In this document: piece by piece, positions 11,794-22,356 of the stretch
Layout: every line of letters starts with the position of its first letter
Position numbering within the stretch: position 1 is the first letter of the stretch
DNA from: Tetramitus jugosus
Taxonomy: Eukaryota; Protista; Heterolobosea
DNA: 64,000 nt
Assembly (NCBI GenBank): GCA_937625935.1
Contig: OW569362.1
Span: 124,001-188,000, forward strand
Reading direction: 5' to 3'
Notes under the pieces: generated by a model
The model's input: only the letters and a program-made list of their open reading frames with translations
What the model was told of the DNA's origin: nothing
Database searches by the model: none
Program-made: the position numbers and the translations under genes

Positions 11794-13110
11794 TCAAAAT
11801 TTTTGTCGTGTGAAGAGTGTTTTGAAAAGTTTCCAGGAGATTTGTGGACGAAGAGTCTGAGCATCCAGTCTTGGATCAAACACATTAAAGTTTGCTTTCT
11901 CCAACTCTTTCAAGTAAATCTCACAAACAAACGAGGTGTAAAACAGTGGAAAAACTTGCTTTGGAATAGGTGTCTCTGGATTCGAAGCAAACTCTCGTGC
12001 TGCATCCAAATGACCCTTTGCCAAATCAGCCACCTCGAACACTGCACTTGCCAACTGCTCCGAATTCTGACCCGTGTAGATATCGGACTCTGATACACCG
12101 TGTCGTGCACACAACTCTGCCGGTAGATATGTCTCCGAGTTTTGAGCATGTATGGCTGTGCCTCTGAGCAATTGTGTCATGCCAAAAGCCTTTCCCAAGT
12201 GAGATGCTGCATGATCCGTGTGCGTCGTGCTCTGATCCATCGCACTTAACAAAGTATACAGAATAATGGACTGTGTGTTGTGCGCAAACGTCTCCAGATG
12301 CTCCAGCGTCGGTATCTGTCTCCACTTGAGATCATTCTCTCTCCAGTTGAGCAAATTACGCAGTCGGTGCATCACAATGGCCTTTGGGTGCTTCTTTGCC
12401 AGGTAACTGAGACAAATGAGAACGGGAACTCTGGGCGGGTGACCTCTGATGGCAGACAATATACTCGCTCTCCACCAACTCATTCGTAGCATACCAGTCG
12501 ATGGATTTCCTCTCGTTCTTGACTTGATCTGAGCCAATTCAAAATTGAGTGCATGCAATGTGAAGTACAAGTTCATCAAATCACTGTCCTGTGGAATCTT
12601 GAGACCGAGCATGTACAGTTCAGATATATCACTCGTCGATTTCACAAACTCTCTCACCACATTCATATTCTGAATCAATTCTGCCTGTGAGAGTTGAGTA
12701 ATATCAATGGAATCATCTTGTATCTGCTGCTGTTGTTGTTTACCTCCATTCTTGTTGTTGAACAGTTTTGCTTCTTCTTCTAGCAGTGCTGCTGTTTCAT
12801 TGTCCAATGTTGCATCATGATGATTATGGTGGTTGTGGTTGTGGTGGTGATGGTGATGATCATGTTTGTGATCATGTTTGTGATCAGGATGAGAGCAATG
12901 ATGATCCTTGCATGAATGAGAGTGTTGAAAGTGAGGAGTAGTGGAGAAGGAACACGATTGCGTCGTTGTATGGAGTGATACTGATGTTATTGTTGTTGTT
13001 GTTGTTGTTGTTGGATGAATCATGTGATAATGATGATTGTGAGTACAATGATGATGGAGGGACAATTGTCTCGCGTGCTGGAGTATTCGTCGTGAATTCA
13101 TTGTAAGCAT
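11794..13110 (-). CDS. NDUFAF6: NADH dehydrogenase complex I assembly factor 6 (squalene/phytoene synthase-like)
   Basis: LHALNFELAQI, GMLRMSWWR, DHAASHLGKAFG...LLRG and VFEVADLAKGHL. Likely start is ATG 13110 or 13101, giving a mitochondrial-type presequence followed by a His-rich tract. Confidence 0.85.
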   Translation of the reverse strand: MLTMNSRRILQHARQLSLHHHCTHNHHYHMIHPTTTTTTTITSVSLHTTTQSCSFSTTPHFQHSHSCKDHHCSHPDHKHDHKHDHHHHHHNHNHHNHHDATLDNETAALLEEEAKLFNNKNGGKQQQQQIQDDSIDITQLSQAELIQNMNVVREFVKSTSDISELYMLGLKIPQDSDLMNLYFTLHALNFELAQIKSRTRGNPSTGMLRMSWWRASILSAIRGHPPRVPVLICLSYLAKKHPKAIVMHRLRNLLNWRENDLKWRQIPTLEHLETFAHNTQSIILYTLLSAMDQSTTHTDHAASHLGKAFGMTQLLRGTAIHAQNSETYLPAELCARHGVSESDIYTGQNSEQLASAVFEVADLAKGHLDAAREFASNPETPIPKQVFPLFYTSFVCEIYLKELEKANFNVFDPRLDAQTLRPQISWKLFKTLFTRQKF

Positions 13111-13249
13111 AGAGATGAATGATGAGGTGTGATTGCTTTTTTGGAGCTGTTTGCTAGTTGTTGAGTTTTGATGATGATAAGTTGGCGATTTGTTTGCAGT
13201 GTTGTGTGCAGAGGAAACAAGATGTAAAAGTAACGAGGAGAAAATGATT

Positions 13250-16200
13250 TTATGAATGCAGGGAAAATAAAAGCAAATCCTGGAGAGAATCAACTCCGTC
13301 CATGTTGGTGATGCTCGTGTTCACAAGACAATCGAAATTGGTGGATCTGTCAAATTTGGAAGTAGCACCGAAATTGGTTGCTCTGTGTTCTCTTTGGACT
13401 CGTTCCATGTTGAGTTTGGTTGTTGCGTCCATGAGAGCTAGATCGAGACAGTATGGCTGTCTCTTGGAGTCCATGCCAGTTTTCTTCTTCTTGACAGACA
13501 CGAGACCACTTTCAATCTGTAGGTTATGGTAGAGGTGCATCTTTCCTCCCCGTGTGTGACTATCGAGTACTTCATTCACTTGCTTCAGAGACTCTCTGTA
13601 CGCATCATAGTTCACTTGAGATGATGGAGTCTTTTGAATGTCATCAACACTAGTTGGCTTCTTCTGTTTCAGAGACTTGTGGCACGACATGTGGAAGGCA
13701 TCTCCGTTGGATTTCACGCGAACAGTTCGATCTGGTGTCGACCTACCATACAAGGGACGCTTGCAAATGATGCACTCGTTTGTCGAAGGATATATCGCTC
13801 GAGTTAATTTTGCTTGATATTCGCTTGACAACACAAAGTGATCTGCTTCGAGTAAATTGTTCATAGTCTCTAATACTTCCAGCTGGTCGCTCTGTTTATC
13901 CAATAGTCTTAAAATGATATATCTAATGTGATAGAATTCTCCATTCTTCTGATCGGCAATTAAGTGTTGTGTGACATCAGACACAGGTATGTATTGTACC
14001 ATTCTACGTATGATTAATGCAACAATATTGTACAGAATTTTTTGCATCCACAAGTTTGCGAGCTTGTGTGGATTGGCAGAACTGGAACTGGAGGAGCTCG
14101 TAGCTCGCTTTGCATGTTCCAATTCTTTCAACTTTGCTATAGTTCGTTGCATTTTTTGCTGAGTCATTTTCGCCAATTTAGCCTTCTTTAGGATATCCTC
14201 TTTCAACTCTTGTTTCTTTTCCTCGTCTGTTTCCTCCTCCATTTCCTGTTTCATACTCGACAACTGCTCAAGAAATAGTTTAACTCTTCTCTCATCGTTT
14301 TGATAATCACCACGAAGCTTTTCTTCTCCCTCGGTGGTGTCATCTGACAATTGTTGGTGACTTGGAAGACGATCCCAATATAATTGCTGGTATCGTCCCA
14401 AAGGATCACAAAACTTTTTGAACAGTGTGAACCACAGCTTGTGAGCCAGCTTATCATCAATTGTTTTTCTTTGAGTATTTCTAGCACACATATCAATTAC
14501 CTCAGACAACATATTCATAAGAGAAAGCACTTCAGCTAAATGATCAATTGATTGACCATTAAACTTGGGTAGCTTGTCAAGAGTGCTTCGAACAGGATCT
14601 GTCCGTACATGCTCATCAGTAAGTATGAGATTTTCTGGTCTCATAAAGTTCTTGAACACGTCATCCTTGGGATCTTGCTCCTGTGCTTTCTGCTCAAATG
14701 TTTTCATGATTTCATCGATTAAATTCTGCATATCCGTCAGCCTAAATCCAAGCGCAACAAATATCTCGCCCTTCTTCTCGAGCAAGAGATACTTTGCACC
14801 AGGAATGTGACCACAAATTTGTAAAATATCATCCACACGATTGACTTGGTGTCTAGATAGATAGTCTTTGACTTTCTCACTCTCAAATTTGCACATCAAA
14901 CGAACATAATCGAATAATAAATCATCGTTCAGCTCAATGTTCCTTTGTGCTACATCATCGGAATTATTGTAGTTTGAGAGTAACAGATCCAAGTAGAGAT
15001 ACAATTCTCTTTCATACTCAACACTCATCAAGACATCAACTATATCTTGATGTAAATGATGAAAATGCTCGAGAACAATATTCACACTCGAATGAGCATT
15101 CACTCGGAGCAAATCAACAATATTTGCCAAGATTCCACGATTGATCTGGTTAAAATAGTTTGTTTTCATGTCAATGCTGGTGAGACTGACCAAGTAGTTA
15201 AACACATCACTACCACTAGCCAATAAATAACTTTGGATGGCCTTGAGGAAGTTGTGTTTCTTATTGTACAAAAAGGCAGCCAAATGAAAACATTTACATT
15301 TTTCACTCAAATCAATGTAGTAGTCAAAATCTAATTCGAATCCGCCGAGCAAACCTATTAAAGTTTGGACTATATTCTGAATTTCAATCAAATTTTCGCC
15401 ATTGCTAATATGTGCCAAATGCGTCATAATAAATCTAGTGACGGACTCTATTCGTTTAAAATTTTGATGAATGTATCCAGCATGGAGTAATTTAGCTTCG
15501 AATAGATAAGCTTGAGACAACTGCTCATCTGTCCACTTCTTATCAGCGCGATAAATAATAGAGGATATATGATTGAAAATTTCTTGTCGATCATATTTTT
15601 GACTAGGGATAGAGTTTTGTTCCAATGCAATGAAATCCTCAAAGCTCGTAAGTGCAATATTGTTATCATCAACATCATCATTAGTAAATGGAGATGAGGA
15701 ACTAGAATCGAAGAAATAAATCTCTAAAATATCAAACAATTGCTTTGGGTACATCTCCATCAACTGCAACAAAACTCCAGTCTCAGCAGATTTTCCAAAC
15801 ACAAATTCCAAAGTGTTTTGCTTGATCGATGGTACCATAGCTCTTTCGATCATAAAAACGCTGGATATGGATCTTCCAGATGCACATGCCCTCAAATAAT
15901 CAATAACTGTTGCACCAACACTCTTATCCTCAATAAAAGTAATCACATCCTTAAGGGGAGCAATATATTGATTTTGAAGTGCGTTTTGAGCATAAATATA
16001 CGCTCTCAAAAATACAGAGGGCTTTGAAATGTTGTAAACCGATCTGAGAAGTTCGATATCAAATATTGATTTGTCTAATTCTAGATTTAGTACAGCTGCT
16101 TCAAGCGTGCTTATCAACTCCGTGGATACGGAAAACTGCCGGACAATATCACCCAATAGCTCGTTTTGTTGCTCCTTGTCGCAGAATTTGAAGTTGGTTA

Positions 16201-18493
16201 AGCGCCCTGTCACGAGGCACTCCCTGATCAGTGTTTCGATAAAAATCAACTTTCGACCTTGATCGTTGAATAGTTTGAGTAAAGTAATGATTGCTCTTTG
16301 ACTACCGAACTCAACACAATATCTAAGGCAAGTCTTTGCAAGATCTACTGCTCTCCTTTCATCCAATCTTGTTGCACATGCATCTTGTGCATATTTGGAT
16401 ATAAAGATAGGCATCATTTGCGATATAGAAAGCTTAACTTTCTCCAGAGTGTATGGAATTCCTATTAAAGGAATATCCTGTGACTTCTCTGCAAGTATAC
16501 TGCTCACAAAGTCAAATGCTTCTTGGTACCTGCCTCTTGCACACAATTTCTTAATCTTTTCATCCCATGATAAACACCTAATAGATATCAACCCGCTTCG
16601 ACCAAATAGACATACAGATGAGGAGTCATGAATAACACCTGATCGATACTGAAAGCGGAATTGAATAGAATTTGAGTCGTTGTTGCCTGTTTCCATAAGT
16701 CTTTCAACAGCGACATTGTTGTTCTTGTCGTAGCACTGCAAACGACCCAATGCCATGATATCACTAGTGTATAATACATCAATAGAGCGAATATCAATCT
16801 CTTTCACAACCGATTTCTTTGTAGGAATCACAATTGTGAATGTGCTCAAATCACTGCTCACAACTCCAAGCACATCCTTCGATAACCAAGTTAATTGTAT
16901 GGGAGTGACAGGTAAGGTCATCTCATAATTGGGCATCAATGAAAATTTAACATTCATATGAACATCACTCAATAATTGATAGACTTTGAGCTCTTTGCCC
17001 CAACAGACAGCTATCTTTGGAGACACTCCAAACGGTATGACTTCATCAATCTCATACTGTCCATCAGGAAGTTGATTCTTGAGCCAAGCAACCACAGGAC
17101 TGGACTCAGCCGGAGAAGATTCAAGTGATAATATGGCCACTGTTCTCTGCTCTGGCCTTATGCATTTAATCACTACGTTTTGCTTCGTCGTCAGTGCCAA
17201 CAGCACTACTCGATTCAGAGCAATGAACGCTTCTCCCTTTGGTAGCACACTAATATCACATACAAATGATTCCTTCTTAATGAAATCACCATTATTGTCG
17301 TCAACATCATCATCATCAACCTTCTCACCGTACAAGCGATTGTCATTAAAATCAGAAGCAGCACTCTTAGATTGTTCACCACTCATGGCGACTGGTTCAT
17401 AGACACGAATCGACTCCACACTCGTCGAATATGAAAAGGTGTTGCTGTGCAGACAAATGAGTCTTACTTGACCCGATTGATCCAATGCAACACATGACTG
17501 TACAATACCCGATGATTCAATATCTTTTTGTTGTTGCTGCAACGCAATCAACTTTACAATTGGTTGACTCAATGTTGTTGCCTGAGAGTCCAACAACTTT
17601 AATGGCAAAAATGTCTCTGTACTCCACAGTGCAATCATTCCGCTGCGATACCCAGCAATCAACACTCTTCTCTGTACTGTACTATTGCTCTGTGTTGTAC
17701 TCGTGAGAGAGTGTGCTCCGAATGCGAGTGAAGTTACACAATGATGATTCTTTTCTGCGTCTTCTTCTGCGTCTTCTGCTTCTTCTTTGTTGGATGTCCT
17801 CGTCGTAGTAGTACTACCTGCAGTGGAATTTGAGGCATGAGAAGCTGGATGACCAACAATAGACGTAGATGATCCTAGGATGGCCAACCTTTTTCGTGTA
17901 CTCGCATGATACAATAGAATATAGCCCTTGCTCGTACCGAATGCAATCATTTCACTGCTCGAGTCATCCACGCACATGCATTTGATTTTTCCGATCCGTT
18001 GAAGCAACAATTTGGATGAAGCAGAGGATGATGATTGCAGTGTAATGTTGTTATATTGTGACCCGAGTGCTTGTTGCAAAAGAAGAATGTCTCTATTATT
18101 ATTATGATTATTAAGATTGTTGTTATTGTTGTTGTTGTCGTCTTTGAATGAAAGAAAGTGAGACAATTGATAGAGTTCATCAACACTGTTTTGATCATCA
18201 GTGTCATGATCATTGCCAGTATTCTTGTGACTCTGAGTTGTATTCGTTGTTTCCACTGTTGAAGATGTCTTTGAAGCGAGGAGTGTGGATGTTGATGATG
18301 ATGATGATTGAATGATGCTTCTGTTATTGTTGTTATTTTGAGATATTCCACTCAATAATTGCTCCAATTTGGATAATGTGAGAGATTCAGTGCTTGATGT
18401 TGTTGAAGCTTGTTGAGCATTGTTGGGTCGTGTGTATGATGTCGATGCATCAGCAGTCGTAGTAGCCGAATCATCCTTGGTTGTGGACTCCAT
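13250..18493 (-). CDS. VPS8: Vacuolar protein sorting 8 (CORVET subunit): WD40 propeller, alpha-solenoid, degenerate RING
   Basis: IAFGTSKG, VTSLAF, LIAGYRSGMIALW, KIAVCWG, LSWDEKI, YVRLMCKF...V.DYL, LWFTL and a C-terminal CIIC...HMSC. The first ATG (18493) is taken as the start. Confidence 0.8.
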   Translation of the reverse strand: MESTTKDDSATTTADASTSYTRPNNAQQASTTSSTESLTLSKLEQLLSGISQNNNNNRSIIQSSSSSTSTLLASKTSSTVETTNTTQSHKNTGNDHDTDDQNSVDELYQLSHFLSFKDDNNNNNNNLNNHNNNRDILLLQQALGSQYNNITLQSSSSASSKLLLQRIGKIKCMCVDDSSSEMIAFGTSKGYILLYHASTRKRLAILGSSTSIVGHPASHASNSTAGSTTTTRTSNKEEAEDAEEDAEKNHHCVTSLAFGAHSLTSTTQSNSTVQRRVLIAGYRSGMIALWSTETFLPLKLLDSQATTLSQPIVKLIALQQQQKDIESSGIVQSCVALDQSGQVRLICLHSNTFSYSTSVESIRVYEPVAMSGEQSKSAASDFNDNRLYGEKVDDDDVDDNNGDFIKKESFVCDISVLPKGEAFIALNRVVLLALTTKQNVVIKCIRPEQRTVAILSLESSPAESSPVVAWLKNQLPDGQYEIDEVIPFGVSPKIAVCWGKELKVYQLLSDVHMNVKFSLMPNYEMTLPVTPIQLTWLSKDVLGVVSSDLSTFTIVIPTKKSVVKEIDIRSIDVLYTSDIMALGRLQCYDKNNNVAVERLMETGNNDSNSIQFRFQYRSGVIHDSSSVCLFGRSGLISIRCLSWDEKIKKLCARGRYQEAFDFVSSILAEKSQDIPLIGIPYTLEKVKLSISQMMPIFISKYAQDACATRLDERRAVDLAKTCLRYCVEFGSQRAIITLLKLFNDQGRKLIFIETLIRECLVTGRLTNFKFCDKEQQNELLGDIVRQFSVSTELISTLEAAVLNLELDKSIFDIELLRSVYNISKPSVFLRAYIYAQNALQNQYIAPLKDVITFIEDKSVGATVIDYLRACASGRSISSVFMIERAMVPSIKQNTLEFVFGKSAETGVLLQLMEMYPKQLFDILEIYFFDSSSSSPFTNDDVDDNNIALTSFEDFIALEQNSIPSQKYDRQEIFNHISSIIYRADKKWTDEQLSQAYLFEAKLLHAGYIHQNFKRIESVTRFIMTHLAHISNGENLIEIQNIVQTLIGLLGGFELDFDYYIDLSEKCKCFHLAAFLYNKKHNFLKAIQSYLLASGSDVFNYLVSLTSIDMKTNYFNQINRGILANIVDLLRVNAHSSVNIVLEHFHHLHQDIVDVLMSVEYERELYLYLDLLLSNYNNSDDVAQRNIELNDDLLFDYVRLMCKFESEKVKDYLSRHQVNRVDDILQICGHIPGAKYLLLEKKGEIFVALGFRLTDMQNLIDEIMKTFEQKAQEQDPKDDVFKNFMRPENLILTDEHVRTDPVRSTLDKLPKFNGQSIDHLAEVLSLMNMLSEVIDMCARNTQRKTIDDKLAHKLWFTLFKKFCDPLGRYQQLYWDRLPSHQQLSDDTTEGEEKLRGDYQNDERRVKLFLEQLSSMKQEMEEETDEEKKQELKEDILKKAKLAKMTQQKMQRTIAKLKELEHAKRATSSSSSSSANPHKLANLWMQKILYNIVALIIRRMVQYIPVSDVTQHLIADQKNGEFYHIRYIILRLLDKQSDQLEVLETMNNLLEADHFVLSSEYQAKLTRAIYPSTNECIICKRPLYGRSTPDRTVRVKSNGDAFHMSCHKSLKQKKPTSVDDIQKTPSSQVNYDAYRESLKQVNEVLDSHTRGGKMHLYHNLQIESGLVSVKKKKTGMDSKRQPYCLDLALMDATTKLNMERVQREHRATNFGATSKFDRSTNFDCLVNTSITNMDGVDSLQDLLLFSLHS

Positions 18494-18673
18494 AATTCTT
18501 TTTTTTATCGGGCGGTGTTCTGGATGTTTGACTCCGACTGTCAAAAATCTGATGTTCAATCGTATCAATGAACATGCAAGGGTTCAACGAGTTTCTTGAC
18601 GCAAAAACAAAAATTACTGCGACAAAAGTTTCACACAAAACACACAACACCGCACCACCACACAATACATAAA

Positions 18674-19292
18674 ATGACTGCTGAACCTGCTGCTCCAATA
18701 CTCCCAATCGCCACTCCACTTTCCGAAAAGAAGGCAAAGAATTTTTATAAATTAATCAAGAAAGGTAAACATTCTTTTTTTGTGCTGTAGCCCTCAACAA
18801 GGTGAAAATTTTGCCGCTCATTGAATAACATTGATTTTTAATATATTTGCTGCATTAATGATATGTATCGGCGATTGATATCACAACGAATGAAATTGTG
18901 TGTTTCATCCATGTGTGATGGATAATAATATAAAATAATTTTAATTGTTTTTGATGCGAAAATGAAAAACAAATGAATGAATATCAGGTTTGAAGAAGAA
19001 GCGTGCATTGCGTGGAATTAAGGCCGTGAACAAGTCGCTGCGTAAGAACAGACCAGGTATTGTTGTCGTTGCTGCTGATAGTGCTCCATTGGATATTGTT
19101 TCACATTTGCCTGAATTGGCTGCTGAAAAGAAGGTCCCAATCGTCTGGGTACCAAGCAAGAAGGAATTGGGTGTCAGCTGTATGGCAAAGAGGCCATGTT
19201 GCGCTGTCATGTGCATTATGCCAGACGAGAGCGAAGACTTGAGAGAATTGTATGACAAATGTTTGAAGGTTGCTGAGAAATCTGACGAATAA
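18674..19292 (+). CDS. NHP2: H/ACA snoRNP subunit NHP2 (L7Ae family); intron 18765-18987
   Basis: PIATPLSEKK..FYKLIKK|GLKKKRALRGIKAVNK...IVVVAADSAPLDIVSHLP...WVPSKKELG...KRPCC; a GT-AG intron restores the frame. Confidence 0.88.
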
Positions 19293-19313
19293 ATCACACA
19301 CACATAGTTCTTT

Positions 19314-20877
19314 TTACTTTTTCATCTTTTTGAGCATGCTGTTGAAGAAGTCTTCTGCTTCTTCTTCCAATTTTGTGGTTGCCTGGATATCCATGCTGTG
19401 ACTCGTGTTGGTCTCAAGATGACCCGTACCTGAGCTGTTTCCTGAACCGAGTTGAGGCACAACAATTGCTGTTGGATCAATGTTGCTGAGTGAGCCTGTT
19501 GATGTCAGTCGATGTTTTGTTAATTCCGGTGTTGTTAGGTTGTTACTGCTTCTGGATAACCGAATCGATGATGAATTCACATTGTTGGAACTTCTGCTCT
19601 TGTAGAGAGATTGGCTCTTCACTTGTCGTGCCAGGAAGCTTTGATAATCAATGACAGAAACATATTCACCGAGGTCTTGTTGTGATGATGAGGATTCCTT
19701 CATGTAGCCCTCCAGCTCTACCAAAATTCCTCGCTCCTCAGGTATCAACTCCTTTACGTTGATAAATCTTGCTTCCTCAGTCGTGGAGAACAGCATGCTG
19801 AGGTCTAGAGTATTGATTTTGTCCATGGAATCTTCACCCATGTAAATGCAAGCTGATTCGTAGGAAACTATACTCCTAGATTCATCTTCTAGTTCAATAC
19901 CATTCTCTAAACTTGAGCTCGTTCCATACAGTGTGTGGAAAATATTCTGTCTCAATCGGTCGATGTTTGTACCTTTCACAGAACTCGTGATAAAGAGAGA
20001 TGCGCCATAACTTAACGCCATGCTTCGTAATTTGTACATGATAAAATGCTGATATTGCTGCAATAAATCGATATTCAATCCACAGGAGCTCAAATGATTC
20101 TCGAGCTCATCAGTGGCGAGATCAGATTTTGTTAATAGAAATATGATTGGAATTCCCACGTTCGTTGTGAGAACATTCTCTCCCAGATTTATGGTGTCCA
20201 ACTCTTCGGTCCTCTTGGAAGAATTTTCAGGATTGGATTTGGCCCACAACAGTTTCACTAGTGAATACAGAGTTCTGTTAGATTGGTTAACTCAATAGCT
20301 CATAGAATTCAATCAACATACCGTTTTCTTTTTGAGCTCGATCATTGTTCGAATACAGTTTCTTGACTACATCCACCCACTTTTCTAGCTCCATAAATAA
20401 TTTTCCTGGTCTGCTGGCATCTGCTGTTATAATAATGAGTTTCAAGCTAGGAGGTTGCAAATTGGAATTGTTCTCAATCAAGTTGATCAGGTTATGCTCT
20501 CCAAAGCTCCACAGAGAGATCAAATCTATTTGATGAGTTTATAATCTTGTCGATCATTAGAGACCAAGTTCTTTGTACTACTTACTTTCTCCATAATCTG
20601 CTTTCACACGCATAAAAGTATAGTCCAACACGCTGTTCTCATGTTTCACTTCAGTTACATCCTTACCAATCAATTTACGGATCACACTTCTCCTCCCATT
20701 TCTTTCATCGCCCAAAATCAGAACATTTGCTTCTTGTTTGTCATTCTCTGTCGTTTGAGCGTCTTTAAGTATCCTTAACCAAAGAGAGGAAGAAACAGAA
20801 GGATGCTTCTCCTTGTTCATTGAAACAACTCCCTCTGTTTTGATATGACTTGGACTTTGGATGATACTTTGGGTCAT
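19314..20877 (-). CDS. Dynein light intermediate chain; introns 20526-20585 and 20258-20321
   Basis: SLWLRIL, NVLILGD..GRRSVI (degenerate P-loop), LDYTF, NVGIPIIFLLTKSD, LRSMALSYGASLFITS and C-terminal FFNSML. Three ORF pieces join through GT-AG introns. Confidence 0.8.
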
Positions 20878-20998
20878 TTTATTCACAATAGGACATTCAG
20901 CTTGAGCACAGAAAGAAATCAAAGTTCTTGTCGTTTGTGCAAAGCGGAGAACGAGTCTGTAAATTTTTCGCGCGTTGCTGTTTATGATCTGAAGAGCT

Positions 20999-21699
20999 TT
21001 ACTTTTCCTCAACCTTAAAGATGACACTGATCCTGGGCCTATCTCCCTCCTCGTCCACTTGCATATCAGCTGTTACAAATGCTTCTATTCCCATGTTCGA
21101 TAGAGCACCTCTTATGAGACCACATGGATAGGCAAGATATGGTTTCATGAGCAAGAGACTCTCAGCTTGTGTTCCCACACTCATTCTTGTTAAAAATACA
21201 AATTCATTGTCAGTTAATACATAAGTCCCTCTGTGATTCGTCCTCAGATGATCCACTTGCTTGCCTATTGATCACACACATATACAATTCAAAACGTGTT
21301 AATTCTCCGATGTTGTTCATTGTATGGAAGCAAAAACTGTGTGATGGAAAAAAATACGAGTGTATGCCATAGAAAAAAACAAGCATCCTCACTCACACCA
21401 ACACATGTGTCATTCTTAAAGAGATGTATATACGCACCAAACCAATCATTCCAAAACTCTTTGCACAACACTTTGATCAAATCCAAGTGATCATCACCAA
21501 ATCTAGGTTTGTTCGAAGTCATCCTCTCTGCTGATTTTTGACCTGCAATGAATCCCATGTTCTCAATGATGGCATGACACGTTTCAGTTGAATTCTTGTG
21601 TTTGGATTCGCCAATGACAAATTGTACCATGGCAAAGTGAAGGTGCTCAAAGCTAGAGTATGCCACAGAACGGTTCAGTGTCGATTTTTTGCTGCTCAT
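20999..21699 (-). CDS. TRAPPC6: TRAPP complex subunit 6 (Trs33); intron 21265-21437
   Basis: IENMGFIAGQK..ER, LDLIKVLCKEFW..FG|KQVDHLRTNHRGTYVLTD and PCGLIRGALSNMG. Confidence 0.9.
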
Positions 21700-21874
21700 T
21701 GTTAAAGTTGTTGTTGTTGTTGTTGTTGGTCACACTGGTGAAGAATTGACAAGTTCAAAAACACCTTTTTTTGTTGTTTGTTCTTTCTCGATTGATTTCC
21801 CGACGGAGTAAAATTTCTGCTCTTGGAGTTTGAAAAACAAATAATCACAATCATTTTTTTTCAATCATTCGACA

Positions 21875-22276
21875 ATGAGTAACATCAAGAAGGTTCCATC
21901 TGAATTGCAAAAGGACGAAAAAATTGAACACTGTGTTGAATTGACACTAAGAAAGACCACCATTGGTTTCTTGGCAACTATTGTGCCAGCTGTTTTGCTC
22001 AGTATGTTTTTCCTGGTCACTGCCACTCTCACGTGAGAAAGATTTGAAACGTTTGTTGATCGATTCCAAGCTTGCTGACCTGTATTTTTCAATCTTTTTT
22101 CTCTCTTTTGAAAACAATTAGGAAACAACTATGCAAGAGTTGCTGCTTTGGCTTTCGGTACAGGCATGGGATTCGGAATGGGTTACACAGAGTGCCGCTT
22201 GTTGTATGAGAAGAACATTTCCTTCCAAAAGAAGTATATTGCCACCATTCAAGTCAATGATGACGAATCCAAGTAA
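21875..22276 (+). CDS. MIC10: MICOS complex subunit Mic10 (not in the ORF track); intron 22002-22121
   Basis: Spliced translation MSNIKKVPSELQKDEKIEHCVELTLRKTTIGFLATIVPAVLL|RNNYARVAALAFGTGMGFGMGYTECRLLYEK...; two hydrophobic segments and the GxGxGxGY.EC signature. Confidence 0.85.
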
Positions 22277-22356
22277 ATAAAATTCATAATTAATCGGTCA
22301 ACATCTGATCTGGGTACGTGTGTTGTGAGTGTGCAAGTTGGATCTTTAATGTGTTA

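Noticed and set aside
1790-21699. Apparent cluster of trafficking genes (VPS35L, VPS8, TRAPPC6, dynein LIC)
   Set aside because: They are interspersed with unrelated genes in mixed orientations; no evidence of a functional cluster.
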